Source of the DNA: Planctomycetota bacterium
Lineage (GTDB): Bacteria; Planctomycetota; JAPUJT01
DNA: 64,000 nucleotides
Assembly (NCBI GenBank): GCA_027296055.1
Contig: JAPUJT010000023.1
Location: 1,858 to 65,857 of the forward strand
Direction: 5' to 3'
Position numbers and translations under genes: made by a program. Numbering within the stretch: position 1 is the stretch's first letter; each line of letters begins with the position of its first letter. The notes beneath the pieces are model-generated. The model made no database searches, was not told the DNA's origin, and saw only the letters and a list, made by a program, of their open reading frames with translations. Below, piece by piece: positions 38,496 through 48,500 of the stretch.

Positions 38496-41069
38496 ATGAG
38501 CGACCGAGAGATCCGTGACGGACAGCCGGAAGGCGCCATGAACAGCAACCTCAACATCATGGATCTGTCCAACATCCTCCACTCTCTGGGTTCGTCCCGG
38601 AGGACGGGCACCCTGAAGGTAGAGGGGCCGGAGGGGGCGCAGAAGTGGGTCTACTTCGATCAGGGGTTGGTGGTCCATATCCATGTCGACGGGGAAAACG
38701 ATATCATCGGCACCGCATTGTTCCGCGCCTACAAGATCGATGAAGAAGCGTTGGGCAGAGCCCGGGGGGCCGCCGAGGCGGACGGAGCGGGGATCGGAGA
38801 GTTTTTCATCGAAGAGGGCTGGGTCTCTGTGGAGGAGATCACCGATGCCCTGGGACGCCAGACCTCGGAGGAGATGTGCGAGATCTTCACCTGGCCTGAC
38901 ATCACCTGCGAGTTCTACGAAGGGGGGCCGCTCGAAGATGTCTTCACCTGGGAGGAGCTCGTCTATCCCCTGACGATGAACCCGGACCTGCTCGTGATCG
39001 AGTCGGCCCGCCGACAGGACGAGTGGACGTCGATCGCCCGCGTGATCCCGTCCGCCAGGGACGTCTACACCGCCACGCCAAAATCGTTCACCTACATGAA
39101 CTCGGAGGACGAGGAGACGATGCCGGAGCGTGAGCTCCTGGGCTGGATCGATGGCGTCCTCGACGTCGAGGAGGTCATCGAGCGAGCCCGCCTCAGCCGC
39201 TTCCAGGCGCTCAAGGTGATGGCCCAGCTGGCCGAGGAGGGGGCGATCGAGCCGATCCTTCCTCTTCAGCTCATCCAGCTAGCCTTCGATCTCTCGAAGG
39301 AAGGAAACGTCAAGAAATGCCTGCGCCTCTACGAGCGCGCCGAGGAGCTTGGCGTAGATCAGTGGGACCTCTCGAGTCGGATCGCCCGCGCCTACGAGAC
39401 CATGGGGGACAACGTTCGCGCGGCAAAGAGCTATCTCGACTTCGCGCAGCGCTGTCTCGGGCAGAGGCGCTACGACGAGGCGATCCACACGCTGCAGAAG
39501 GTCATCGTGCTCCAGCCGAACAACTTCGGCGTGCACGAGAAACTGGTCAACCTCCTGATGGAGCAGGATCGGAGGGAGGAGGCCCTGCGCGAGCTCTCCA
39601 AGCTGATCGGCAAGCTGGAGCAGGAGGGAAGCACCGATCGCTTGATCCGAGCGTGGCAGAAGGTCGTCCTCCTCGCGCCGGACAATCTCGATGCCTATGG
39701 AAACCTCGCGACTCTCTACCAGGCGGCCGGCCTCACCGCCCAGGCGATGGTCGAGTTCGACGGCCTCGCTCGGAAGATGATGGAAGATGGTCGCCCGGAC
39801 GATGCGATCCAGGTCTATCGCCAGATCCTCCAGATCGATCCGGAATCCCAGGAGTCGAGGATGAGGCTGGCCACGGTCCTCACGGAACTGGGTAGAAACA
39901 CAGAAGCGGTGAAGGAGCTGATCGATCTCTCCCGGTACCTCTCACTAAACGAGGAGGAGAATCGGGACGGCCTCATAGAGGTCCACGAGAGGATCGCGAC
40001 CCTCGAGCCGGACAACAAGGACTCTCGCGAGTGGCTGGCCAACGCCTACGCCGACCGTTCGGATTCGGACAAGGCGGTCGCGCACTTCCGAGGAATCGCC
40101 CAGTCGCTTCATCGCGCGGGCAAGCTCCGGGACGCTATTTCCCCCCTCCAGCGAATCGTCGAGCTCCGTCCGACGGAGAAGCGAGGAAGGAAGGAACTGG
40201 CGCGCGCCTACTGCGATATCGGGGAGACGGCGACGGCGGCGCAGGTCCTGCACACCCTGGCGGATCAAATACGGAACAAGAAAAACCCCCGCGCCTGCTT
40301 CGAGATCTACGAGGAGATTTTGCGGATCTCACCCTTCGATCTTCGTACGCACAAGGGTCTGGCCGAGCTCTACCTGAGTGAGAAGTCGAACGAGCGGGCA
40401 CTGGGCAAGTATCTGATGATTGCAAAGATGTGCAATCATGCAGGTCTCCACGACGAGGCAGAGGAAGTGTTGAAGAAGGCGGCGGGGCTTGACTCCGACA
40501 ACCCGGAGATCTCCTGGGAGATGGCCGAGGTCCTGCGCGCAGACGGTCGCAACCTGGAGGCGGCGCGTCAGCTGATAAAATTTGCCCGTGGCGAGATCGA
40601 GAGGAAGAACTTCGGTCGGGCGCAGGAGGCGTGCGACCGGATTCGACAGATCGATCCCGAGAATACCGAAGTCGAGATCATACTGAAGGACCTCTCTTCC
40701 CGGGACGCGATGCTTGCCGGGAGATTGAACCTGCAGCCCACCGGACTCTCCGAGCCGGCCCCCTGGGACCCTGCCACGACCATACCCACAGCCCCGGTCA
40801 GGCCGGCCAAGACGGCGCCGAGTGGCCCGGTGCGCACCGGGGGATCGGTCGCCGGGATCGCGGCGAAGATGCGATCCCTCAGTCGTCCGGCAGCCCAGCC
40901 GGCCGACAGGCCTCAGTTCAAGGAGGGAGATGGAGCGCCCGCCGCCAAGAAATCCTCGAAGGTCTCCTCCCCCGCCGAGAAGCTCCGCGCCATGAAGACG
41001 AAGCCCGATGCTGACTCGCCAGTGCCCGCCGCCGCCTCGACGGAGGATCAGGGCCGCGCCAAAGGTTGA
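38496..41069 (+). CDS. DUF4388 domain plus many TPR repeats
   Basis: LSNILHSLGSSRRTGTLKV...VYFDQG, ESARRQDEW, long TPR array, Pro/Ala/Lys-rich tail. Start placed at MSDRE. Confidence 0.85.
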   Translation: MSDREIRDGQPEGAMNSNLNIMDLSNILHSLGSSRRTGTLKVEGPEGAQKWVYFDQGLVVHIHVDGENDIIGTALFRAYKIDEEALGRARGAAEADGAGIGEFFIEEGWVSVEEITDALGRQTSEEMCEIFTWPDITCEFYEGGPLEDVFTWEELVYPLTMNPDLLVIESARRQDEWTSIARVIPSARDVYTATPKSFTYMNSEDEETMPERELLGWIDGVLDVEEVIERARLSRFQALKVMAQLAEEGAIEPILPLQLIQLAFDLSKEGNVKKCLRLYERAEELGVDQWDLSSRIARAYETMGDNVRAAKSYLDFAQRCLGQRRYDEAIHTLQKVIVLQPNNFGVHEKLVNLLMEQDRREEALRELSKLIGKLEQEGSTDRLIRAWQKVVLLAPDNLDAYGNLATLYQAAGLTAQAMVEFDGLARKMMEDGRPDDAIQVYRQILQIDPESQESRMRLATVLTELGRNTEAVKELIDLSRYLSLNEEENRDGLIEVHERIATLEPDNKDSREWLANAYADRSDSDKAVAHFRGIAQSLHRAGKLRDAISPLQRIVELRPTEKRGRKELARAYCDIGETATAAQVLHTLADQIRNKKNPRACFEIYEEILRISPFDLRTHKGLAELYLSEKSNERALGKYLMIAKMCNHAGLHDEAEEVLKKAAGLDSDNPEISWEMAEVLRADGRNLEAARQLIKFARGEIERKNFGRAQEACDRIRQIDPENTEVEIILKDLSSRDAMLAGRLNLQPTGLSEPAPWDPATTIPTAPVRPAKTAPSGPVRTGGSVAGIAAKMRSLSRPAAQPADRPQFKEGDGAPAAKKSSKVSSPAEKLRAMKTKPDADSPVPAAASTEDQGRAKG

Positions 41070-41148
41070 TCTCGGCCCGATCTGAGGGAATAATCTGAAT
41101 TGTCCAAGGGTCGGGCCTTCTATCCGTTCGAATCGTCGAGGAGGTGCC

Positions 41149-42657
41149 ATGGCAAGTACTGTGAGGAAGGTGGGGCTTCCGATCGCTCTGTTCGTCTGCT
41201 TCCTGGTCGTATCGAGTTGTGACGATAGCGCGACCGAGCTCGACTCGATCGCTGTCGATCCCCTTCCCGCGCCGGATACGTTTTTTCCGACGTCGACCCT
41301 GGATCGGGACGACGGAGGTGGCGCCGACTTCCTGAATCCCCCGCGGGACAATTTCACGCAGACTACCCTGCTCACGGGCAAGGTCCTCATCGCCGGCGGC
41401 ACATCCAGCGGCGCCGCTCTCGATCAGGCGCTGCTATACGATCAGCTTGCCGCTGAGTTCTTCCTCACGAGCTCTCTGGCCGTCGCCCGACGAGGGCATA
41501 CCGCCACGCTAACCTCAGCCGGTGACGTCGTCGTTGTGGGCGGCATCGGGGTCGGCGGCGAGCCCCTCGCTTCGGTGGAGATCTACCGGCCCTCCCTGGG
41601 GACATGGCAGATTCTGCAAGGGATGCGGGACGCTCGCTTCGGACACACTGTCACTCGCCTTTCGGGGGGCGATCTCCTGGTGGCCGGCGGCGTGACCTCC
41701 TCCTTCGGGACCGTCACCGATACATGCGAGATACTCGACGTGAGTACACTCCTCCTCTCGGACGCGACTCCCATCCAGGCGGGACCGGGATCGATGTTCG
41801 GTTCGCCCAGGGCCTTCCATACCGCAACCTCCGTCCCCATCCAGGCCTCTCCCCCATTGGGTGGCGCGGGCCCCTGCGCTCCGGGAAACTTCGAGTACGT
41901 CGTCATCTTCGTAGGCGGGCTTACGGGGTCCCCCGGAGGACCGGCGGCCGCGCTGGCAGCCACGGTGGCCGTGTTCTATCCAGGGGAGACAACTCCTGGC
42001 CCGGGGGGCGTCGATGTGCCAGGCCGGTGGGAGACGATGATCGTCGGAGGCGCAGCAATTCGACGCTGGGGACATCAGGCGATGATGGTGGAGTGTGCGC
42101 CGCAGGCGAGCCCCCCTTTCGCAAGCGTGTTGCTCGTGGGGGGCATCGGCGCCTTCACCCCGGCTCTGGGTGCGCTGACCTCGGGGTCGCCCGGTCAGAG
42201 CGTCCTCGAGGACAGTGAATTCCCCGCCTTCTCCTACGCGAAGCTCGAGGTCGCCACCGAGACCCTGAGCGCGCCGGGGGCGCCGACCGGCACGATCGTG
42301 GGAGGCGGCTCGATCGGCGACCCGACGATTGATCCGATTTTCGTCGGTGGCGGGGGATCGCGGGCCATCTTTCATGAGGGATCCAAGCTCGTCCTGTTCC
42401 TGGGCGGCAATACCTACGACCGCCTCTCCAACCTTCGCGCCCCCCATAGCTCGAACGCCTATCTGATCGACCCCGAGCTACTCGCACATGCGCCATCCAT
42501 CTCGTCGATGTCCGTGGGTCGTTCCTTCTGCGGGCTCTCCCTGCTGCCCGGGCCCGACGAGGCCATCGGCACCGCCGACGATACCGTGCTGGTCGTGGGG
42601 GGAGAATTTGCCTCGACCGGCGAGTCGGCAACAGCGGAAGAGTATGCCTTTCCGTGA
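41149..42657 (+). CDS. Kelch-repeat lipoprotein 1
   Basis: GGAGG RBS, lipobox VSSC, repeated RxxHTAT...VxxGG...E-Y blades. Confidence 0.85.
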   Translation: MASTVRKVGLPIALFVCFLVVSSCDDSATELDSIAVDPLPAPDTFFPTSTLDRDDGGGADFLNPPRDNFTQTTLLTGKVLIAGGTSSGAALDQALLYDQLAAEFFLTSSLAVARRGHTATLTSAGDVVVVGGIGVGGEPLASVEIYRPSLGTWQILQGMRDARFGHTVTRLSGGDLLVAGGVTSSFGTVTDTCEILDVSTLLLSDATPIQAGPGSMFGSPRAFHTATSVPIQASPPLGGAGPCAPGNFEYVVIFVGGLTGSPGGPAAALAATVAVFYPGETTPGPGGVDVPGRWETMIVGGAAIRRWGHQAMMVECAPQASPPFASVLLVGGIGAFTPALGALTSGSPGQSVLEDSEFPAFSYAKLEVATETLSAPGAPTGTIVGGGSIGDPTIDPIFVGGGGSRAIFHEGSKLVLFLGGNTYDRLSNLRAPHSSNAYLIDPELLAHAPSISSMSVGRSFCGLSLLPGPDEAIGTADDTVLVVGGEFASTGESATAEEYAFP

Positions 42658-42760
42658 TTTGCGGTAGCGTAAAGCCAGTTTTGCATTGTCAAGTTCACTT
42701 GCGCCATGCCCTTCGACTGGTGAGCCGCGAAACCGGCCCTGGGGGGCCTGCGGGTCTTGC

Positions 42761-42789
42761 TTGTCGAATGGGCGAGTCGGCACTATAAT
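42761..42789 (+). promoter_or_regulatory. sigma70-like promoter
   Basis: TTGTCG-17-TATAAT, 60 nt upstream of 42850. Confidence 0.65.
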
Positions 42790-42849
42790 TGCCATTCTTA
42801 TATCAAGGTGGATTTGTGAATTCTTCGAGGCCATGCAAGGAGAGAGGCG

Positions 42850-44439
42850 ATGAGGAACTCGTGGATCGGGCTCGGAGCCGTTGCGGCTGTGGCTCTTGCA
42901 ATAACAGCCTGCGGCGGCTCGAACGCCGGTAGCGGGAGTCGGCAGGGGGTGCCCGGAATTCCGGGGACCCAGGGATTTCAGGTCCCGGCGCTGCCGCCCG
43001 ACACCTTCACCCGGATCGATACCCTGACTGCACGAAACCCCACCCTCCAGACCCCGTTCCTGTCACAGTCCAAAGACTCGATGACGGCCACGACACTCAG
43101 CACCGGGCTCGTGGTGATCATCGGTGGATCGGCGGGAGGCAGCACGGCGCTCCAGGACACGGAGATCTACGACCAGCGCTCTGCGGAGTTCTCCGCGAGC
43201 GGTCTCATGGGAAACGGGAGGAGGCACCACACGGCCACTCTCACTTCCGCGGGTACCATCGTGATCATTGGCGGCGTGACCGGGGGCAGCTTCGACCCTC
43301 AGCCGCTTCAGTCCGCCGAGGTCTGGCACTCCTCCACGGGAATGTACACCGTCGTCCAGCAGATGACCAAGCCGCGGGTGGGCCACACGGCGACGGCGCT
43401 CGCCAGCGGAGAGATTCTGGTAGCCGGTGGCTTCACTGACAATATGGGCATGAAGGTGACGGAATCGGTCGAGACCCTGAACCTGTCGAACAGCCTCTGG
43501 CGGAAGCATACGCCTCTGCAGGCTACTTCGAGCATCGGCGGGACCCCGCGGGCCTACCACACCGCCACGCTCATCCCAGGACGGAATGGGATGATCGGGG
43601 ATGGGGACGACCTCCTCATCATCATAGGCGGCGTCCTGGGGGATCGCGGCACCAAGGACATCACGAGCATCACGAACAGCGTCCTGGTCTACTACCCGAA
43701 CGATACGACCCAGCTCATGAGCGGCCAGAGCCTGCCGGGGGCCTGGAGATCGCTGGGTATCATCAACGGCAGCTCCGAGCCCGCCCGGCTCGGACATAAG
43801 ACGTTCTTCATCGGAAACACGACCAACGATATCAGCCAGGTCGTCTTCCTCGGCGGGCTCGTCGGCTCTGTCGGTACCCGAATGGGCGGGATGGCGGCCA
43901 ACTCGGCGGGCTTCAGCATCATAGAGGACAGCTGGCCGCCTCTCGGACTTTCGTTGGCCGTTCTCGATATCGACAACACGACGTTGATCGGGTTGACGAC
44001 GCCGCCGAAGGGAGAGATCAACCAGGTCCACCCGCTTGGCACGTGCTGCCAGCCCTTCGTCGGCGGCATCGGGGCAAATGCGGTGTTCTCGCGCGCGCGC
44101 CTCGCGATCATCTACTCCGGAGGAAACACGTACGCATCGCCCCCTCCGACCCGGGTGGGCTACAACCGGGACGCGCTGCTCATCACCATGTCCAGGAACA
44201 TCTTGGATTACATCACGATCGACACCCCCGTCGGTTGTTTGGCGCCAGGATGCCCGCCCTTTGTGATCGCCACGAGCGCCGGCCAGATGGGCGATCTCCG
44301 CTCGTGGCACGCGGGCGCCTTGCTGCCGGGAGCCGACGGCCTCCTGGACACGCCGGATGACACGGTCCTCGTCGTCGGGGGCGAGCAAAGTCCGGCGGGC
44401 GAGTCGACCACGGGGGACGAGTACACCTTCACCCCCTAA
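42850..44439 (+). CDS. Kelch-repeat lipoprotein 2 (paralog of 41149-42657)
   Basis: Lipobox ITAC, HTAT/GG blades. Shares PDTF and C-terminal LLPGxD..TxDDTVLVVGGE...GES...EY with lipoprotein 1. Confidence 0.85.
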   Translation: MRNSWIGLGAVAAVALAITACGGSNAGSGSRQGVPGIPGTQGFQVPALPPDTFTRIDTLTARNPTLQTPFLSQSKDSMTATTLSTGLVVIIGGSAGGSTALQDTEIYDQRSAEFSASGLMGNGRRHHTATLTSAGTIVIIGGVTGGSFDPQPLQSAEVWHSSTGMYTVVQQMTKPRVGHTATALASGEILVAGGFTDNMGMKVTESVETLNLSNSLWRKHTPLQATSSIGGTPRAYHTATLIPGRNGMIGDGDDLLIIIGGVLGDRGTKDITSITNSVLVYYPNDTTQLMSGQSLPGAWRSLGIINGSSEPARLGHKTFFIGNTTNDISQVVFLGGLVGSVGTRMGGMAANSAGFSIIEDSWPPLGLSLAVLDIDNTTLIGLTTPPKGEINQVHPLGTCCQPFVGGIGANAVFSRARLAIIYSGGNTYASPPPTRVGYNRDALLITMSRNILDYITIDTPVGCLAPGCPPFVIATSAGQMGDLRSWHAGALLPGADGLLDTPDDTVLVVGGEQSPAGESTTGDEYTFTP

Positions 44440-44469
44440 GGTGACGGTTAACGACTATCGAGATCCTCC

Positions 44470-44499
44470 GAGGCAGGGTTCCACCCGGGACCCTGCCTC
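44470..44499 (+). terminator. Strong intergenic hairpin (terminator or stabiliser, no U tail)
   Basis: GAGGCAGGGTTCC-accc-GGGACCCTGCCTC, 30 nt after the stop codon. Confidence 0.5.
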
Positions 44500-44604
44500 A
44501 CTCGATCTGGGCGGACTGGAGTGGATTCTGACGCTTTCTTGACGAGGCCCCCTTTGTGGCCTACCCTATAGGGGTTACGGAGAGGGAAGGGGAAGGGAGT
44601 AAGG

Positions 44605-45930
44605 GTGCAAGTCCTTCGCGCGACTGTCCTTGGCGCGGCCATCGCCGTCCTCGCCGGCTGCTCATCCGGAAAGTGGGATTCCAACACCACCGCTCTGGCC
44701 GATGAGTCCCGTTCACGGGGGTCCGACGCCTACGTTCGCGTCCGGATCATCGAGTCGGCCGGAGCCGCACGAAGCCATCACACCGCCACACCTCTACCCG
44801 GCGGGAAGATCCTGATCGTCGGAGGCCACGACGGCCGCGACTTCCTGGCGACGATGGAGATCTTCGACCCGGAGGAGGGGACCTTCGTGCAGACGGAGTC
44901 GTCGATGAGCGTGGCGCGAGCCTATCATTCGGCGACGAGGATCAACGGACCGGATGGGCAGAAGAATACCGCCGATGATCTGGTGATCATCGCGGGAGGT
45001 TTCAACGGAGAGGTGCTCGCCTCCGTAGAGGTCTACTTTCCGCAAGAGGACCTCTTCCGCACCATGCTGACCCCCCTGGCGCAGCCCCTCTACAGACACG
45101 GGGCCGTCCCGGTCCCGGGCCCCTACGATGAGAGCGGAAACCTCATCAGGTACCTTCCCCCGGGAAACCAGATCCTCCTGGTGGGAGGAGCGACGGAGGT
45201 CCCCGGTGGCGACATCGCCGCAACTAACTCGGCTTTCCTCTACTCGTTCGATCCGCAGCAATGGAACTCATCGATCTGCCGCATCGCCTCCTCTCCCGTC
45301 TTCGCCCGGCTGGGCCACACCATCACCGCCTTCGAAGGGCCCGATGGCCTCGAGGGATCGATGGTGCTCGTCTACGGGGGTGAGGGTGCGCCTGCCGACG
45401 CGGGAGAGACGGTAGGAAGAGTCCTGGCCGATCCCGAGGTCTTCTATGTGAGGAGCGGAGCCTGGACGGCCCTGGATTCCGCACCCATTCCCCGGACCAA
45501 CCACCGAGCAGTTCAACTGAACAGCGGCGAGATCCTCCTCGTCGGCGGCTTCAACGGCGACCAGACAGGTTCGATGGATCTCGCCACGCTATTCCGTCCC
45601 ACCAGGGAAGAGATATCCGAGAGCGAGTTCCTGTCGATCCCCGGACCCGGCTCCCCCCGACAGTTCCCGGAGGTCGCCCTCCTCTCCGACGGGAAGGTCC
45701 TGGTGACGGGTGGCTACGACGGTCAGGCGCGGGAGATCCTGGCGACCGTCGAGGTATTCAGTCCGGATGACCTGGGAGGGGAGTTCCTGCCGGTGGATCC
45801 GATGTTCACCCCCCGGGTCCACCACACGGCGACCCACACCTTCGGTGAGGTGATCATCCTGGGAGGTCGCAGCCACGACGATACCCCCCTCGACACCGCC
45901 GAGTCATTCCAGTCATTCGGAGATCGGTGA
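44605..45930 (+). CDS. Kelch-repeat lipoprotein 3
   Basis: Lipobox LAGC, about seven RxxHxAT...GG...E-F blades. Confidence 0.87.
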   Translation: MQVLRATVLGAAIAVLAGCSSGKWDSNTTALADESRSRGSDAYVRVRIIESAGAARSHHTATPLPGGKILIVGGHDGRDFLATMEIFDPEEGTFVQTESSMSVARAYHSATRINGPDGQKNTADDLVIIAGGFNGEVLASVEVYFPQEDLFRTMLTPLAQPLYRHGAVPVPGPYDESGNLIRYLPPGNQILLVGGATEVPGGDIAATNSAFLYSFDPQQWNSSICRIASSPVFARLGHTITAFEGPDGLEGSMVLVYGGEGAPADAGETVGRVLADPEVFYVRSGAWTALDSAPIPRTNHRAVQLNSGEILLVGGFNGDQTGSMDLATLFRPTREEISESEFLSIPGPGSPRQFPEVALLSDGKVLVTGGYDGQAREILATVEVFSPDDLGGEFLPVDPMFTPRVHHTATHTFGEVIILGGRSHDDTPLDTAESFQSFGDR

Positions 45931-45955
45931 CAGTATCCTGGCCTGGCGTGCCTGG

Positions 45956-46477
45956 CTATTCGCCCTTTTCGGTAAAATGTGATACGACGACCCGTGCGTC
46001 CCACTGATCGCCATCACCCTTGCGACGCAGGATCATCTCCCTGACCTTCAGTCCACCGGGGTACGCCTCCTCCAGGTAGAAGAGGAGCTGGCTGAAATGC
46101 GAGATGTCCGCGGCGTCTTTCGTGATCTCGACGGCCACTTCTTTGAGGTTCCCCCTGCTCCGCCCGGCCGGCTTGGGATTGATCCCGTCCAGCCGGATCC
46201 CCCATTCCTGGCTGCTCTTATCGATGAACTCCACCGGCTCCGCCAATTCTCCCGAATTCGCTCCGTAGAAATCCGATCGGGCCACCAGGCTGCGGAAAGT
46301 CTTGTCCCTCATCGCGATTCTCTCCGATTTCTGGAGACTGACGTTGTATCCCTTCAGTCGATCCAGCCTGTCCTGTAGCCTTCCGTAGTGGTAGAACGAG
46401 AGGCCGGTCGCCGCCAGGCAGAGCAGCGCCATGAACCCGATGAAGAACTTGGAGAGGTATCCTTGCTGCATGCCCAT
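45956..46477 (-). CDS. PilO/GspM-like assembly platform protein
   Basis: N-terminal TM helix, coiled coil, ferredoxin-like C-terminal pattern (FSQLLFYLEE..LKVREM). Coupled to the pilM-like gene. Confidence 0.6.
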   Translation of the reverse strand: MGMQQGYLSKFFIGFMALLCLAATGLSFYHYGRLQDRLDRLKGYNVSLQKSERIAMRDKTFRSLVARSDFYGANSGELAEPVEFIDKSSQEWGIRLDGINPKPAGRSRGNLKEVAVEITKDAADISHFSQLLFYLEEAYPGGLKVREMILRRKGDGDQWDARVVVSHFTEKGE

Positions 46478-47982
46478 CACCCGCTCACGTGCGTGATCTC
46501 GATCGAGAACTTCACCCCGCCATCTTCCAGGCTGTTGATGTTCGGGGACGCCACGTTCATCGTGGCGGTCTTTTCCAGCTCCTGCCGAAATCGGTAAACG
46601 TCCTCGGAACTGTCCGCCTCTCCCTCCAGGTGGGTGCTCTTCTGACGAAGCCTCAACTGCCGAAACTTCAGCTTGGCCTTGGAGGCGACGAGGGCCTGGC
46701 TCACGACGCGGAAGTCGTGAAGCGAGGAGCGGATCTCCGTGTCTTTCCCCTGAAACCTCTTCTCGAGCTCCTTCTTTCTCTTCTCGATGATCCACCACGC
46801 GTCCGGAAAGGGCTGATCCTCATCTGGAAAGATGATCCTGATCAGGGCCCTCTGGCTGTCCTGGCTGAGCTTGATGCGCATCTCGGTATCTTCCGTCTCC
46901 CTCTGCAGAGACCAGCAGAGGAGAAACAGGGCGAGGAAGAGTACGGAGACGGCGGTGGCGATCCCCTTTCGGGCCCTCTCGAAGGCTCGCTGGAACCGGA
47001 ACTCTTCCTGGCGAAAATTGATCCGGGCCGTGTCCACCCCCAGACCGACCAGGGCCGCTCCGATGGCCGCGACACCAAGCTCCGCGGGTCCGTCCGTCTC
47101 TGCCCCGAGAAGATCCGCCAGAGGAAGGTCATGCGATTCGACCGAGAGCCGCTCGGCGACACCCCGGCAGATCGCCGCCCGGGCCGGTCCACCTCCCGTC
47201 GCCCAGACGCCGGCAAGGGGCCTTCGAAGACGACACCCGATCAACGTCCTCGCCACCTCGGAGGAGACTCGGGCTACTGCCTTCGCCGCGCGGGTCTCGT
47301 GGGCAAGCTCAGCGACCTCTTTCTCTTCCGAGGGTTCATCCTTGGCCGGCCCTTCCGGAGGGGCCGGGAGGGAGACCGGCGCCGCCTGGAGGCGGATCGC
47401 CCTGGCCGCTCGTATCCTTCCATCCTCCACGACGACGAGCCGGGCTGACGACGTCCCGACATCGATGAGGATCGCCGCCTCGTTGGCGGGCAGGACACCG
47501 CACCAGGCTGCAGTATTGTAGAGCGCCCCGAGGTCCAGCCCGATACCGACGGGATCGATGCCCGCCGAATTCAGCAGGCTGAGAACGCCCGCCACCGTCT
47601 TCTTCTGGACGCCGACCACGAGTACACGACTCTTCTCGGCGCCGGTGGAGATCAGCGAGTAGTCGATCACCATGTTCTCGATCGACGCCCCGTGGAATGC
47701 AGTCTCCGCCTCGAACTTGATCGTCCGACGGATCGCATCCTCCTGGACGAAGGGGACCGTGATCTCGCGAATCACCACGTCCTGGGTCCTCAGCGAGGTG
47801 AAGACCCTGTCGTGGGGCAGGCGCTCCTCGCGGAACAAGGCCAGGAGGACGGCGGGAAGGGCCTCCGGGCCGCCCTCGGGGACTTCCCGGACGACGAAGC
47901 GCAGGAGTCGTGGTCGGCGCCGGGAGCCCCCCAGGGCCACGACCTTGATCAACTTGGTTCCGATATCGAGACCGACTATCAT
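46477..47982 (-). CDS. pilM: PilM-like actin-fold domain fused to a PilN-like region (GspL architecture)
   Basis: VGLDIGT, IDVGTSS, ATGG, then INFR, a TM helix and a periplasmic domain (LEGEA...FSIEI). Confidence 0.8.
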   Translation of the reverse strand: MIVGLDIGTKLIKVVALGGSRRRPRLLRFVVREVPEGGPEALPAVLLALFREERLPHDRVFTSLRTQDVVIREITVPFVQEDAIRRTIKFEAETAFHGASIENMVIDYSLISTGAEKSRVLVVGVQKKTVAGVLSLLNSAGIDPVGIGLDLGALYNTAAWCGVLPANEAAILIDVGTSSARLVVVEDGRIRAARAIRLQAAPVSLPAPPEGPAKDEPSEEKEVAELAHETRAAKAVARVSSEVARTLIGCRLRRPLAGVWATGGGPARAAICRGVAERLSVESHDLPLADLLGAETDGPAELGVAAIGAALVGLGVDTARINFRQEEFRFQRAFERARKGIATAVSVLFLALFLLCWSLQRETEDTEMRIKLSQDSQRALIRIIFPDEDQPFPDAWWIIEKRKKELEKRFQGKDTEIRSSLHDFRVVSQALVASKAKLKFRQLRLRQKSTHLEGEADSSEDVYRFRQELEKTATMNVASPNINSLEDGGVKFSIEITHVSG

Positions 47983-48500
47983 CGGATCTCTCCTTCGAAC
48001 TCCATCTCCTTGGTTTGATTCGTCGCTTCATCCAGGAACTTGAGGAGGTACTGCAGATCCCCGATTCGTTCCACCGCCTTGAGTATCCACCCGTTGGGCA
48101 GCTGCTCATCGGTACCGAACAGGTCCCGACTCCCGTTGAACTCAACGAGGATCAGCAGAGAGCTCCCGTCCCCCTTCGATGGATCCATCACCGCGATCAC
48201 GTTCGGCGCGCCGGGAATGATCCTCTCGGGACCGCCCCCATTTCCGTTTTCTTCAGGGGGGAACTCGGGATCCTCGTCGTCGTTGAACGCATCATCGATC
48301 GGTCCCACCAGGTCCTTCGGCGTGACGACATCAGGCGCTTTATCCCATATCACGGATATCTTCCGGAGGTCGATGTCGTAGATCGGGACCTTCGTCGTGT
48401 CCCCCTGGACGATGAACTTTTGCCAGGCGCTGTACTGCACCCCTCCCAGCAGGGTGATGGTCATGGCGAGAACGGCCCAGCGGATCAGATCGGCCTTCAA
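47979..48500 (-). CDS. Bitopic GspC/PilP-like protein
   Basis: N-terminal TM helix, acidic linker, small beta domain (EQLPNGWILKAVE). Positioned between gspK and pilM with 4-nt overlaps. Confidence 0.5.
   Translation of the reverse strand: MKADLIRWAVLAMTITLLGGVQYSAWQKFIVQGDTTKVPIYDIDLRKISVIWDKAPDVVTPKDLVGPIDDAFNDDEDPEFPPEENGNGGGPERIIPGAPNVIAVMDPSKGDGSSLLILVEFNGSRDLFGTDEQLPNGWILKAVERIGDLQYLLKFLDEATNQTKEMEFEGEIR

Noticed and set aside
42666-42692. Antisense promoter TTGACA...TACGCT against Kelch gene 1
   Set aside because: The spacer is only 15 bp and there is no other support.
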